Shown here piece by piece: positions 47,612-57,265 of a stretch of 64,000 nucleotides of DNA (position 1 is the first letter of the stretch; the number at the start of each line of letters is the position of its first letter). The notes beneath the pieces were generated by a model, which did not search any database, was not told the origin of the DNA, and saw nothing but the letters and a program-made list of their open reading frames with translations. Source of the DNA: Sandaracinobacter sp. GTDB lineage: Bacteria; Pseudomonadota; Alphaproteobacteria; Sphingomonadales; Sphingomonadaceae. The stretch spans positions 2,565 to 66,564 of the forward strand of contig NZ_JAYRCW010000002.1 in the NCBI RefSeq assembly GCF_041909755.1, in the 5' to 3' direction. The position numbers and the translations under genes are program-made.

Positions 47612-50600
47612 TCAGCGTCCGTCCCCCCGGGGTGCAGCCCGCCTGAGGTCCAGCGACATCGGGAACTCGCCCGGCAGCTCCTCCGCCGGCATCTCGCGCG
47701 CGCCGGGCGAATGGCCATGATCCTGAAAGCGGCTCCGGCGCCGCGCTTCCGCCTCATAGCCGTTCACCGGCACATCGTCATAGGATCGCCCGCCCGGGTG
47801 CGCGACATGATAGACGCAGCCGCCCAGTGAACGGCCGTTCCAGCTGTCGAGGATGTCGAAGGTCAGCGGCGCCTGCGCCTTCATCAGAGGGTGCAGGCAG
47901 TTGGCAGGCGCCCAGGCCTTGTAGCGCACCCCGCCCACGGCCTCGCCGGACACGCCCGTCGGGTGCATCGGAACCCGCCGCCCGTTGCAGCTGATGATGT
48001 GGCGGCCGGGCACCAGCCCCGTCGCGCGCAGCTGAAGCCGTTCGGTCGAGCTGTCCACATAACGCACCGTGCCGCCGATCGCGCCGGTTTCCCCCAGCAC
48101 GTTCCACGGCTCCAGTGCATGGGAAACTTCCAGAGAAACGCCGCCGCCCTCCACCACCCCATGCACCGGGAAGCGGAACTGGCGCTGCGCCTCGAACCAG
48201 ACGGGATCGAAATCAAAGCCCGCCTCGCGCAGATCCGCCAGCACCTCCAGGAAATCGGCCCACACGAAATGCCCCAGCATGAAGCGGTCGTGCAGCGCCG
48301 TGCCCCAGCGCACCAGATGGCCCTCGCGCGGCTGCTTCCAGAACATCGCCGTCAGCGCGCGCAGCAACAGCTGCTGTGCAAGGCTCATCTTCGCGTCCGG
48401 CGGCATCTCGAAGCCGCGAAATTCCACCAGCCCCAGCCGCCCTGTCGGGCCATCGGGGGAAAACAGCTTGTCGATGCAGATCTCGGTGCGGTGGGTGTTG
48501 CCCGTCACATCCACCAGCAGGTTGCGGAACAGCCGGTCCACCACCCACGGCAGCGGCTGGCCCGCCTGCGGCCCCGGCACCTGCGCCAGCGCGATTTCCA
48601 GCTCGTACAGGCTGTCGTGCCGGGCCTCGTCGATGCGCGGGGCCTGGCTGGTCGGGCCGATGAACAGGCCGGAAAACAGGTACGACAGCGAAGGGTGCCG
48701 CTGCCAGTAGAGGACGAAGCTCTTCAGCAGGTCCGGGCGGCGGATGAAGGGGCTGTCGGCGATGCTGGCGCCGCCAAGCACGATATGGTTGCCCCCGCCC
48801 GTGCCGACAGAGCGGCCGTCCACCATGAACTTGTCGGCCGTCAGCGCGCAGCTGCGGGCGCAATCATACAACGTCTCCGTCACCTCGACGAGCTCGCGCC
48901 AGCTGCCAGTGGGGTGGATGTTCACTTCGATCACGCCCGGATCCGGCGTCACTTTCAGCACGATCAGGCGCGGGTCCGGCGGCGGCGGATAGCCCTCGAT
49001 CCTGACCGGCAGGCCGCTCTCTTCGGCCACCGTCTCGATGGCGGCCACAAGATCCAGATAATCCTCCAGCGATTCCACCGGCGGGATGAAGACGGACAGA
49101 TGATCACCGCGCGGCTCGACAGTGACGGCAGTTCTGACAGCGCCTTCGATCGCCACCTGCTCCACCCGCTGCTGCGCGGCGCCTGCCGGGCCTTCCACGG
49201 CGATGGCGGCCTGTTCAGCCAGCGCCTCGCGGACCTGTTCGCCGCGCTCCACCTGCTCGGCGCGGAAATCGGCGAGCGGCCGGCGCGGCTCCGCCGTGTC
49301 GCGCGGGTGGATGTAGGGATAGGCCGATTCCGGCACATACGGCAGCGACCCGAGCGGCAGGCGATAGCCCAGCGAACTGTCCCCCGGCACCGCAAACAGC
49401 GCGCCGCGCCGCACCTTCCACTGCTCGCTCCGCCACCGCGGCATCGGCGACGCAGCAGCCTGCCAGCGCTGAACCGGCAGCACATAGCCCACCGGCTTCG
49501 AAAGCCCGCGCTGGAAGGTTCGCATGAAGCGTTCGCGCACTTCCGGATCATCCAGCGCCGGATCGTCGGGTTTCGTGTTGGCCGGCAGTTCCGCCTCCTT
49601 CACGATCCACTCAACGGCATCCTCATACACCGGCTGCACGAAGCCGGCTTCCAGCCCCAGATTGCCGGCCGCCGCCTTCAGGAAGCGCTCGGCAGAGCCG
49701 CAATCCACCTCCACCTCCGCCACTTCGTCGGGCATCCGCACTCCGGCCAGCAGCGCCTCGTCGCGCCAGATCGGCACGCCATCCCTGCGCCAATAGATGG
49801 AATAGCCCCAGCGCGGCAGGCTCTCGCCCGGATACCATTTGCCTTGCCCATGATGCAGCAGCGATCCGGGCGCGAACTTCGCCCGCAACATTCGGATCAG
49901 CCGGTCGGCATAGGCGGCCTTGGTGGGGCCGACAGCGGCGCTGTTCCATTCCGGGGCCTGAAAGTCGCTGTCGGCGATGAAGGTGGGTTCGCCGCCCATC
50001 GTCAGCCGCACGTCCAGCGCCTGAAGTTCGGCATCAACCTTGTCGCCCAGCGCCAGCAGCGCGGCCCAGCGGCCATCGGTGAAGGGCCTGGTGATGCGCA
50101 CGGCCTCGGCAATGCGCGACACGCTCATCTCGAAATGGAAATCCACCTCGGCCGGCTCCGCCAGCCCGGTAATCGGCGCGGCAGAGCGATAGTGCGGCGT
50201 TGCGGCCAGCGGGATATGCCCTTCGCCCGCGAACAGGCCCGATGTCGGGTCCATCCCCACCCAGCCAGCGCCGGGGATATAGGCTTCCGCCCAGGCGTGC
50301 AGGTCGGTGAAATCCGCTTCAGGCCCTTTCGGCCCCACCTTCGGCTCCACATCGGCCTTCATCTGGATCAGGTAGCCGGATACGAACCGTGCCGCGAACC
50401 CCAGCCGCCGCAGCAGCTGCACCAGCAGCCAGGAACTGTCCCGGCAAGAGCCCGTCCCCAGCGTCAGCGTGTCTTCCGGCGCCTGCACGCCCGGCTCCAT
50501 CCGCACCACATAGCCCACGCGCGATTGCAACGCCTGGTTCACCGCCACAAGGAAGTCGATGGTGCGTCCCGAATGGCCGGCGAATTCGGCCACCAGCGCC

Positions 50601-50980
50601 TCGAACGCGGCCCCCGTCTCGGTCGCCTCGAAATAGGCGGCCAGATCCTCCTTCAAGGCCGGGTCATAGCCGAAGGGCATTTCCTCCGCCTGCGGGTCCA
50701 GGAAGAAATCGAACGGGTTGATCACGGCGAGGTCGGCGAGCAGGTCCACCTCGATCTGGAAATGATCGACCTTCTCCGGAAACACGATCCGCGCCTGCCA
50801 GTTGCCGTGCGGATCCTGCTGCCAGTTCAGGAAATGGTTCGAAGGGCTGATCTTCAGCGAATAGTTGGGCACGGCCGTGCGGCTGTGCGGGGCCGGGCGC
50901 AGCCGCACGATCTGCGGCCCCAGCGCAATGGGCCGGCTATAGCGATAGCGGGTCAGATGGTGCAGGCCGGCCTTGATCAT
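47612..50980 (-). CDS. large transglutaminase-fold protein with DUF2126-type C-terminal region
   Basis: 1122 aa from ATG 50980 ([18 protein letters not shown]..., the same N-terminal pattern as the 301-aa protein). An alternative ATG is at 51010. The core reads [16 protein letters not shown] and GMDPTSG. The track ORF extends to 51142 across the trxC 3' end. Confidence 0.85.
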   Translation of the reverse strand: MIKAGLHHLTRYRYSRPIALGPQIVRLRPAPHSRTAVPNYSLKISPSNHFLNWQQDPHGNWQARIVFPEKVDHFQIEVDLLADLAVINPFDFFLDPQAEEMPFGYDPALKEDLAAYFEATETGAAFEALVAEFAGHSGRTIDFLVAVNQALQSRVGYVVRMEPGVQAPEDTLTLGTGSCRDSSWLLVQLLRRLGFAARFVSGYLIQMKADVEPKVGPKGPEADFTDLHAWAEAYIPGAGWVGMDPTSGLFAGEGHIPLAATPHYRSAAPITGLAEPAEVDFHFEMSVSRIAEAVRITRPFTDGRWAALLALGDKVDAELQALDVRLTMGGEPTFIADSDFQAPEWNSAAVGPTKAAYADRLIRMLRAKFAPGSLLHHGQGKWYPGESLPRWGYSIYWRRDGVPIWRDEALLAGVRMPDEVAEVEVDCGSAERFLKAAAGNLGLEAGFVQPVYEDAVEWIVKEAELPANTKPDDPALDDPEVRERFMRTFQRGLSKPVGYVLPVQRWQAAASPMPRWRSEQWKVRRGALFAVPGDSSLGYRLPLGSLPYVPESAYPYIHPRDTAEPRRPLADFRAEQVERGEQVREALAEQAAIAVEGPAGAAQQRVEQVAIEGAVRTAVTVEPRGDHLSVFIPPVESLEDYLDLVAAIETVAEESGLPVRIEGYPPPPDPRLIVLKVTPDPGVIEVNIHPTGSWRELVEVTETLYDCARSCALTADKFMVDGRSVGTGGGNHIVLGGASIADSPFIRRPDLLKSFVLYWQRHPSLSYLFSGLFIGPTSQAPRIDEARHDSLYELEIALAQVPGPQAGQPLPWVVDRLFRNLLVDVTGNTHRTEICIDKLFSPDGPTGRLGLVEFRGFEMPPDAKMSLAQQLLLRALTAMFWKQPREGHLVRWGTALHDRFMLGHFVWADFLEVLADLREAGFDFDPVWFEAQRQFRFPVHGVVEGGGVSLEVSHALEPWNVLGETGAIGGTVRYVDSSTERLQLRATGLVPGRHIISCNGRRVPMHPTGVSGEAVGGVRYKAWAPANCLHPLMKAQAPLTFDILDSWNGRSLGGCVYHVAHPGGRSYDDVPVNGYEAEARRRSRFQDHGHSPGAREMPAEELPGEFPMSLDLRRAAPRGDGR

Positions 50981-51011
50981 CGCCGGATTGTGCGTCGCAG
51001 GCTGCTGCATC

Positions 51012-51027
51012 GCAACAATATTGTTGC
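51012..51027. promoter_or_regulatory. perfect 16-bp palindrome GCAACAAT-ATTGTTGC (candidate operator)
   Basis: It lies in the gap between trxC and the DUF2126 gene, 32-47 nt upstream of ATG 50980. Confidence 0.45.
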
Positions 51028-51077
51028 CGTCGGCCGCCCTTACGGACCAGCGCGCCGCCTGCCCATCTATCCGGGGC

Positions 51078-51503
51078 CTAAAGCGCCCGTCCGGCGAAGG
51101 CGCGGATCTGCGGCAGGGACAGCGCGCCCGAAACGCGGTCAACCTCCCGCCCGCCCTTCAACAGCAGCATTGTCGGAACCGATTGGATGCCCAGCGCCGC
51201 GGCCAGCGCGGGCGCGGCATCGATGTCCACCTTGGCCAGCCGGATGCGCGGCTCCAGCTCTGCGGCAGCGGCTTCGAAGGCCGGGGCCATCGCCCGGCAC
51301 GGCCCGCACCATTGCGCCCAGAAATCCACCAGCAGCGGCAGCGTTCCGCGATCCCGGTGCAGGCGGAACCCGGCCTCGTCCAGTTGCAGCGCGCGGCCCG
51401 TGAACAGGGGCGATTTGCAGCGCCCGCAGGTCGGCCTGTCGGCCAGGCGCCCGGTGGGCACCCGGTTCACCGCGCCGCATCCGGGGCAGGGCAGTTGTTC
51501 CAT
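51078..51503 (-). CDS. trxC: thioredoxin 2 (zinc-finger thioredoxin)
   Basis: 141 aa with N-terminal CPGC...CGRC zinc-finger cysteines followed by the [10 protein letters not shown] active site. Architecture as in E. coli TrxC. Confidence 0.9.
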   Translation of the reverse strand: MEQLPCPGCGAVNRVPTGRLADRPTCGRCKSPLFTGRALQLDEAGFRLHRDRGTLPLLVDFWAQWCGPCRAMAPAFEAAAAELEPRIRLAKVDIDAAPALAAALGIQSVPTMLLLKGGREVDRVSGALSLPQIRAFAGRAL

Positions 51504-51507
51504 CGTC

Positions 51508-51891
51508 TCAATCCCCGATCGGCTGCATGTCCAGCCGGGAGGCCGGCAGCCCGGCGTCGCACACGTCGCACAACGCCTCCATCACCGCGCGCACCCGCGC
51601 ATCGGCCAGGCGGTAGCGAACCTGCTGCCCTTCGCGCTGCGGCGCAACGACACCGGATTCGCGCAGAAGCGCCAGATGCTGCGAGACGCGTGATTGCGAA
51701 AGCCCGGTCAGCGCCACCATCTCCCCCACCGTGGGGCGGCGCCCGCCGTCCATGTCGCTCATGCCCATGCGGCACAGCATCCGCAGCCGGTCTGGATTGG
51801 CGAGCAGCTTCAGCACCCGGGCCATCGCATCGGCATCGCGCCCCAGCGGCATCATCTCGCCCTCCTCGGGCGGTGCATGTGCAGTCATCAT
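51508..51891 (-). CDS. ArsR/SmtB-family transcriptional regulator
   Basis: 127 aa from ATG 51891. It reads VLKLLANPDRLRMLCRM, VGEMVALTGLSQSRVSQHLALLRESGVV and QVRYRL. C-terminal cysteines occur in CDVCD. Confidence 0.8.
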   Translation of the reverse strand: MMTAHAPPEEGEMMPLGRDADAMARVLKLLANPDRLRMLCRMGMSDMDGGRRPTVGEMVALTGLSQSRVSQHLALLRESGVVAPQREGQQVRYRLADARVRAVMEALCDVCDAGLPASRLDMQPIGD

Positions 51892-51904
51892 CGTATCGCG
51901 TCTC

Positions 51905-52747
51905 TCATTGCCTGCGGGCCGAAAGCAGCCAGACCGCAGCGTCCATCGGCACACCCTCGTCTGTCGCCACGCCCGCATACAGGTCTTCCAGCGCCGCCGT
52001 GGCCGCCGCCAGCACACCTGGCCCGGCCGCCTCGGCCAGTTCGCCGACAGAAAAAGCCCCAAGGGCAAAGGCGGCCGCCCGGGCCGGTGTCGCCCCCGGC
52101 CCGCCCACCAGCATCGGCTGTTCCAGCAGCTGCCGGTCAAAGCCGGTGAAACCGGCCTCTTCCAGCAGCGCCCGGTGAAAATCCGGATCCGACAGCTGGA
52201 ACGGCCCGGGTGCCAGCGGCTCGGCCTTTGGCAGCTCCACATGCGCGCCCACCACGCGCCGCATCTCCATCATCCAGGGATTGCGGCGGGGTTCCGCCCA
52301 CACCGCCATGTTCAGCTGCGCGCCCGGCGCCAGCAACGACGCCAGGTGCCGGAACGCCGCCGGCGGGTCCGCGAAGAACATCACGCCGAAGCGCGACATC
52401 AGTCGGTCGAAGGGTCCGCCGCCGGGCCGGGCGGTCGCCGCATCCCCCACCTCGAACCGCACCTGCGGCAGGCCTGTGGCGCGTCGCACCGCTTCGGCCA
52501 CCAGCGCGGGGGAAATATCCAGCCCCAGCGCCAGCCCCTGCGGCCCGACCGCCTCGCCGATCCGCCGTGTGGTCCAGCCGCCGCCGCAGCCGATGTCCAG
52601 CACCCGCTCTCCGGCGCGGATGCCGGCCCGATCCACCAGCGCCGCACCAAAGGCGGCCAGCTGGGCTTCCATCAGATCGACATCGCGCAGCCAGCGAAGC
52701 CCGCGCTCCCCCGACCAGTCCTCGGGCATCTGTGCGGCGGCGCTCAT
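51905..52747 (-). CDS. class I SAM-dependent methyltransferase
   Basis: SAM motif I is ERVLDIGCGGGWTT. ATG 52747 forms an ATGA overlap with the cydX stop. The track start at 52753 is GTG. Confidence 0.8.
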   Translation of the reverse strand: MSAAAQMPEDWSGERGLRWLRDVDLMEAQLAAFGAALVDRAGIRAGERVLDIGCGGGWTTRRIGEAVGPQGLALGLDISPALVAEAVRRATGLPQVRFEVGDAATARPGGGPFDRLMSRFGVMFFADPPAAFRHLASLLAPGAQLNMAVWAEPRRNPWMMEMRRVVGAHVELPKAEPLAPGPFQLSDPDFHRALLEEAGFTGFDRQLLEQPMLVGGPGATPARAAAFALGAFSVGELAEAAGPGVLAAATAALEDLYAGVATDEGVPMDAAVWLLSARRQ

Positions 52748-52857
52748 TTCCACCAGGGCTCGCCATCGTCGTCGGCATGAAATTCATGCCACATCCCGTT
52801 CAGGATGCCGAACCCCACCGCGAGGCCGAGGCCGAGAACCCATGTGAAATACCACAT
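52744..52857 (-). CDS. cydX: cytochrome bd oxidase small subunit CydX
   Basis: The 37-aa product MWYFTWVLGLGLAVGFGILNG... matches the MWYF.W.LG start of E. coli CydX. It lies 11 nt downstream of cydB. Confidence 0.75.
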   Translation of the reverse strand: MWYFTWVLGLGLAVGFGILNGMWHEFHADDDGEPWWK

Positions 52858-52868
52858 CGCGGACCCTT

Positions 52869-54017
52869 TCAGTAGTAATCGCCCGAGGAGCGGACCTGTT
52901 CCGTCGTCACCCGCCCGAACAGCACCTTGAACACCCAGGCCGTGTACAGCAGCACCAGCGGCAGCAGGATCACCGTCGCCAGCAGCATGATCCACAAGGT
53001 GAGGTGGCTGGACGAGGCATTCCAGACCGTGAGGCTGGAGGACGGATCGACCGTGCTGGGCAGGATCACGGGGAACATCGACAGGCCCACGGTGGAAATG
53101 ATGCCGACAACGGCAGCGGACGACCCGATGAAGACACCCTTATCCCAGCGCCGGGCGATGCCCAGCATGGCCAGCGCCGTTCCGGCAAAGCCCAGAACCG
53201 GGGCCAGCAGCATCCAGGGGTGGGCGGCATAATTCTTCACCCAGGCGCCCGGCGACGCCACCGCGCCGTGCAGCAACGGGTTTGAGGGGCCGTTCGGATC
53301 CACGCCGGCCGCGATCTCCACCCCCATGTCGCCCATCGCCACGAACAGCCCGCCGCCCGCGAACAGCAGCAGGCTCAGCACGCCTGCCCATTGCCCCAGC
53401 CGGCGCGCCCGGTCCAGCACGGGCCCATGCTCGATCTTCAGGCTGAGCCACCCGGCCCCGTGCAGCACCAGCATCGAGACAGAGAGCAGCCCGGCGAGCA
53501 ACGTGAAGGGGGAGAACAGGTCCATGAGCCCGCCATCCCAGAAGGCGCGAAGGTCGCTGTCCAGGTGGAACGGCACGCCCTTCAGCACGTTGCCGACCGC
53601 CACGCCGAACACCAGCGCGGGCACGAAACCGCCCACGAACAGCGCCCAGTCCCAACGGGCGCGCCAGGCCGGATCATCCTTCTTCGACCGGTATTTGAAG
53701 CCGACAGGTCGCAGGATCAGCGCCATCAGCACCAGGAACATCGCGAGATAAAATCCGGAAAAGCTGATCGCATACACATGCGGCCAGGCCGCGAAGATCG
53801 CGCCGCCGCCCAGGATGAACCACACCTGGTTGCCTTCCCAGGTCGCGCCGATCGAGTTGATCACCAGCCGCCGCTCCTCGTCGGTGCGGGCGACGAAGGG
53901 CAGTACGGCAGCCACCCCCAGATCGAAACCGTCCGTCAGCGCGAACCCGATCAGCAGCACCCCCAGCAGCAGCCACCAGATCAGGCGAAGCGTCTCATAG
54001 TCGAAGGGAATGGGCAT
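52869..54017 (-). CDS. cydB: cytochrome bd ubiquinol oxidase subunit II
   Basis: ATG 54017 follows GAGGAGAGAGG and gives MPIPFDYETLRLIWWLLLGVLLIGFALTDGFDLG, the canonical CydB N-terminus. Confidence 0.92.
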   Translation of the reverse strand: MPIPFDYETLRLIWWLLLGVLLIGFALTDGFDLGVAAVLPFVARTDEERRLVINSIGATWEGNQVWFILGGGAIFAAWPHVYAISFSGFYLAMFLVLMALILRPVGFKYRSKKDDPAWRARWDWALFVGGFVPALVFGVAVGNVLKGVPFHLDSDLRAFWDGGLMDLFSPFTLLAGLLSVSMLVLHGAGWLSLKIEHGPVLDRARRLGQWAGVLSLLLFAGGGLFVAMGDMGVEIAAGVDPNGPSNPLLHGAVASPGAWVKNYAAHPWMLLAPVLGFAGTALAMLGIARRWDKGVFIGSSAAVVGIISTVGLSMFPVILPSTVDPSSSLTVWNASSSHLTLWIMLLATVILLPLVLLYTAWVFKVLFGRVTTEQVRSSGDYY

Positions 54018-54028
54018 CGCCTCTCTCC

Positions 54029-55612
54029 TCACTCGGCCGGCAGCGGCACGAAGCCGCCGCGCGCGCGATCCTCGGTCGCGGCCGGGCCGCGTTCCTCGCC
54101 CCTGTCAGGCCCGTGCCGGATCGCCGCCAGCATCAGCCGCACCATGATCACCGCCAGGATTCCATAGGCGAGCGTGAAGCCCGCGATCGTCGTCCAGATC
54201 TGCGGCAGGGTCAGGCTGGACGAGGCAAGGAAGGTGGGCAGCGCCCCTTCCACCGCCCAGGGCTGGCGGCCATATTCCGCCAGCACCCAGCCCATTTCAG
54301 CCGCCGCCCAGGGCAGCGGGATCACCGCGACCGCCAGCTTCTGGAACCAGCGCACCCCGAAGCGACGCTTGCTGGCCAGCCAGAAGGCCGTTCCGAAAAA
54401 GGCGATGAAGAAGAAACCCAGCCCCGCCATGCCCCGGAAGGCCCAGAACAGCACCGGCACATTGGGCACCGTGCTCCAGGCCGCCTTGTCGATGTCGTCG
54501 GCAGTCGCCGCGCGCGGATCGGCCACGAAGCGCTTCAGCAGCATCGCATAGCCAAGGTCGGTGCGGTGCTGCTCGAACTGCTCCCGCGCCGCCAGGTCCG
54601 TCCGGTCCACCTTCAGCTTCTCCAGCGCGTCATAGGCGAGGATTCCGCGCCCGATGCGCACCTCGGCGGTTTCCACCAGCTCGCGGATGCCCGTGACTTC
54701 GCCGGTGAACGACCGCGTCGCGATCAGCCCCAGCACGGCAGGCACGCGGATCTCGAAATGCGTCACCTGGGCCTGCTTGTCCGGGATGCCGAAGATGGTC
54801 AGCCCGGCGGGCGCGGGTTCGGTTTCCCACATGGCCTCGATGGCGGCCAGCTTCATCTTCTGGTTGTCTGTCAGCGCATAGCCCGATTCATCGCCCAGCA
54901 CGACGACCGACAGCGAAGAGGCAAGCCCGAAGGCCGCCGCCACCACGAAGCTGCGCCGGGCGATCGGCCCGAAGCGCCCCTTCAGCAGATACCAGCTGGA
55001 AACCCCCAGCACGAACACCGCCCCCGTCACATAGCCGGCGGAAACCGTGTGCACGAATTTCGCCTGCGCCACCGGGTTCATCAGCACCGCCATGAAATCG
55101 GTGACTTCCATGCGCATTGTTTCCGGGTTGAAGCGCGAGCCGACCGGGTTCTGCATCCAGCCGTTGGCGACAAGGATCCAGAGCGCAGACAGGTTCGACC
55201 CCAGCGCCACCATGAAGGTGACGAACAGGTGCCCCACGCGGGTCAGCCGGTCCCAGCCGAAGAACATCAGCCCCACGAAGGTCGCCTCCAGGAAGAAGGC
55301 CATCAGCCCCTCGATCGCCAGCGGCGCCCCGAAGATGTCGCCGACATAGTGGCTGTAGTAGGACCAGTTGGTGCCGAACTGGAACTCCATGGTGATGCCG
55401 GTCGCCACGCCCAGCACGAAGTTGATCCCGAACAGCTTGCCCCAGAAGCGTGTGGCGTCGCGCCACACCGCCTTGCCCGTCATCACATAGACACTCTCCA
55501 TGATGACGAGCATGAAGGAGAGGCCGAGCGTGAGGGGGACGAACAGGAAATGGTACATCGCCGTCAGCGCGAACTGCAGGCGGGACATCTCGACGACGGC
55601 CAGATCGACCAT
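54029..55612 (-). CDS. cydA: cytochrome bd ubiquinol oxidase subunit I
   Basis: 527 aa with LSRLQFALTAMYHFLFVPLTLG and the Q-loop region GDESGY...KLAAIEAMWET. Confidence 0.95.
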   Translation of the reverse strand: MVDLAVVEMSRLQFALTAMYHFLFVPLTLGLSFMLVIMESVYVMTGKAVWRDATRFWGKLFGINFVLGVATGITMEFQFGTNWSYYSHYVGDIFGAPLAIEGLMAFFLEATFVGLMFFGWDRLTRVGHLFVTFMVALGSNLSALWILVANGWMQNPVGSRFNPETMRMEVTDFMAVLMNPVAQAKFVHTVSAGYVTGAVFVLGVSSWYLLKGRFGPIARRSFVVAAAFGLASSLSVVVLGDESGYALTDNQKMKLAAIEAMWETEPAPAGLTIFGIPDKQAQVTHFEIRVPAVLGLIATRSFTGEVTGIRELVETAEVRIGRGILAYDALEKLKVDRTDLAAREQFEQHRTDLGYAMLLKRFVADPRAATADDIDKAAWSTVPNVPVLFWAFRGMAGLGFFFIAFFGTAFWLASKRRFGVRWFQKLAVAVIPLPWAAAEMGWVLAEYGRQPWAVEGALPTFLASSSLTLPQIWTTIAGFTLAYGILAVIMVRLMLAAIRHGPDRGEERGPAATEDRARGGFVPLPAE

Positions 55613-55702
55613 GAATCACCTCATAGAGTCGCAGGCAGTGAGTCGCTTGCCGGCCCGCCGCCGCACCTTATATGAGGATTTCCTAATTAAAAAGCCGATG
55701 GA

Positions 55703-57265
55703 ATGAAAGCGTCAGAACAGCGCACCCGGCACCATGGCAGCCATGCCGCGACCATCAGCTGGCTGGCCGATGCGCTGGGCGCTGCGCTGGCGGCCGCAGG
55801 GCTGGCGCTGGGCGTCGCCGCCGTCGCACATCCCGGATCGGCCGCCATGTGGCAGGCGGCGCTGCTGCTGGGCGCGGGCGGGGTGGTTCGCGCCGCCGCC
55901 CAATGGATGGCGACCGATCTCGGCCTGAAGGCCGCCTTCGCACGGAAGGCTGCGGAGCGCGCCCGCCACTGGCCCGCGCTGCTCGCGGCGCCGCGCGCCA
56001 CCAGCCTCTCGGGCGACGATCTGGGCCGCGCCATCGATTCGATCGAGATGCTGGAAGGGCTGGAGGCCCGCTTCCGCCCCCTGCGCCTCGCAGCCGTGGC
56101 GGCGCCGCTTCTCATCGCGCTGATCGTGGCGGCGGCCAGCCCGGTTTCGGCCGTCATCCTGCTGGCCACCCTGCCCCCCTTCATCGCAGGGCTGGCGCTG
56201 GCGGGCACCGCCGCGCGCGCCACGGCGGCGCGCCAGCTGGGCGCATTGCGGGATCTGAACGCGCTGTTCGCCGACAGGCTGCGGGCGCTGCCCGAAATCC
56301 GCCATTTCCGGGCGGAAGATCGCATCCTCCGCCAGATGGGAGACAGCAGCCGGGCGCTGGCGGATCGCACCATCGCCACGCTCAGGATCGCCTTCCTGTC
56401 GGGCGGCGTGATCGAGTTCTTCGCGGCAATCGCCGTCGCGCTCGTCGCCCTCTACGCGGGCTTCAGCCTGCTGGGCATCCTGCCGTTCCGCGTGCCGGAA
56501 ACGCTGTCGCTGCTGTCGGCCTTCTTCGTGCTGGCGATGGCGCCGGAATTCTACCTGCCGTTCCGCCGCCTCGCCGCCGCCTACCACGACAAGCAGCTGG
56601 GCGAGGCGGCAGAAGCCGCCCTGGCAGCGCCCGATGCCGTCCCCGCGCCGGGAACCGCCCCCTTTGCCGGCGTTTCGGCAACCGGCCTGCTGCTGCGCCA
56701 TGCCGAGGGCCCCCTGATCGGGCCGTTGGACTTCCGGCTGGACCCAACCGGCCTCATTGCGCTGGTCGGCCCCACCGGATCCGGCAAATCCTCCGTGCTG
56801 GCCGTCGTCGCAGGCCGCGCGCCCATCGTGGGCGGAACGCTGACATGGGCCGAACGCGCACCGCCGCCGCTGGCCTGGGCCGGTCAGCGGGCCCTGATTC
56901 TGGCCGGCACCCTTGCCGACAACCTCGGCCTCGCCCGCCCCGGCGCACCAGACGCCGAGCTGGAGACGATGGCGGCCCGCCTCGGCCTTTCGCCGCTGCT
57001 GGCCACGCGCGGTCTCCACGGCGCGATCGACTGGCGCGGATCGGGCCTTTCCGGCGGAGAGCGCAGGCGCATCGGCGTGGCGCGGGCGCTTCTGTCCGGC
57101 CGGCCGCTGCTGCTGCTCGACGAGCCCACCGCCGATCTCGACGCCGACAGCGCTGCACTGGTCCGCGCCGCAGTGGAAGAGGCTGGCCGCAGCCGCGCCA
57201 TCCTCGTCGCCACGCATGATGACCAGCTCGCCGCCCTTGCCGCCCAAGTGGTGCGGCTGCCATGA
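55703..57265 (+). CDS. cydD: thiol-reductant ABC exporter subunit CydD
   Basis: 520 aa with an N-terminal six-helix membrane domain, Walker A GPTGSGKSS, signature LSGGERRR and Walker B LLLLDEP. Divergent from cydA. Confidence 0.8.
   Translation: MKASEQRTRHHGSHAATISWLADALGAALAAAGLALGVAAVAHPGSAAMWQAALLLGAGGVVRAAAQWMATDLGLKAAFARKAAERARHWPALLAAPRATSLSGDDLGRAIDSIEMLEGLEARFRPLRLAAVAAPLLIALIVAAASPVSAVILLATLPPFIAGLALAGTAARATAARQLGALRDLNALFADRLRALPEIRHFRAEDRILRQMGDSSRALADRTIATLRIAFLSGGVIEFFAAIAVALVALYAGFSLLGILPFRVPETLSLLSAFFVLAMAPEFYLPFRRLAAAYHDKQLGEAAEAALAAPDAVPAPGTAPFAGVSATGLLLRHAEGPLIGPLDFRLDPTGLIALVGPTGSGKSSVLAVVAGRAPIVGGTLTWAERAPPPLAWAGQRALILAGTLADNLGLARPGAPDAELETMAARLGLSPLLATRGLHGAIDWRGSGLSGGERRRIGVARALLSGRPLLLLDEPTADLDADSAALVRAAVEEAGRSRAILVATHDDQLAALAAQVVRLP

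Noticed and set aside
47891-51403. 1170-aa plus-strand ORF opposite the DUF2126 gene and trxC
   Set aside because: Same artefact. The sequence is low-complexity and Arg/His/Gln/Pro-rich, it crosses two well-supported minus-strand genes and an intergenic gap, and it has no motifs.
52744-52995. 83-aa track ORF overlapping the 3' end of cydB
   Set aside because: Only its last 37 codons, from ATG 52857, match CydX. The upstream part overlaps cydB and has no support.
55619-55677. CCTCATA...TATGAGG inverted pair and tandem GAGTCGC repeats in the cydA/cydD intergenic region as an FNR/FixK-type site
   Set aside because: There is no TTGAT-N4-ATCAA core, the arms are 45 nt apart, and the repeats are short enough to be chance.
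54113-57247. Long antisense ORFs opposite cydA (54113..55675 +) and cydD (55712..57247 -)
   Set aside because: The sense frames have canonical CydA and ABC-transporter motifs. The antisense products are Arg/Gly/His-rich with no hydrophobic organisation.
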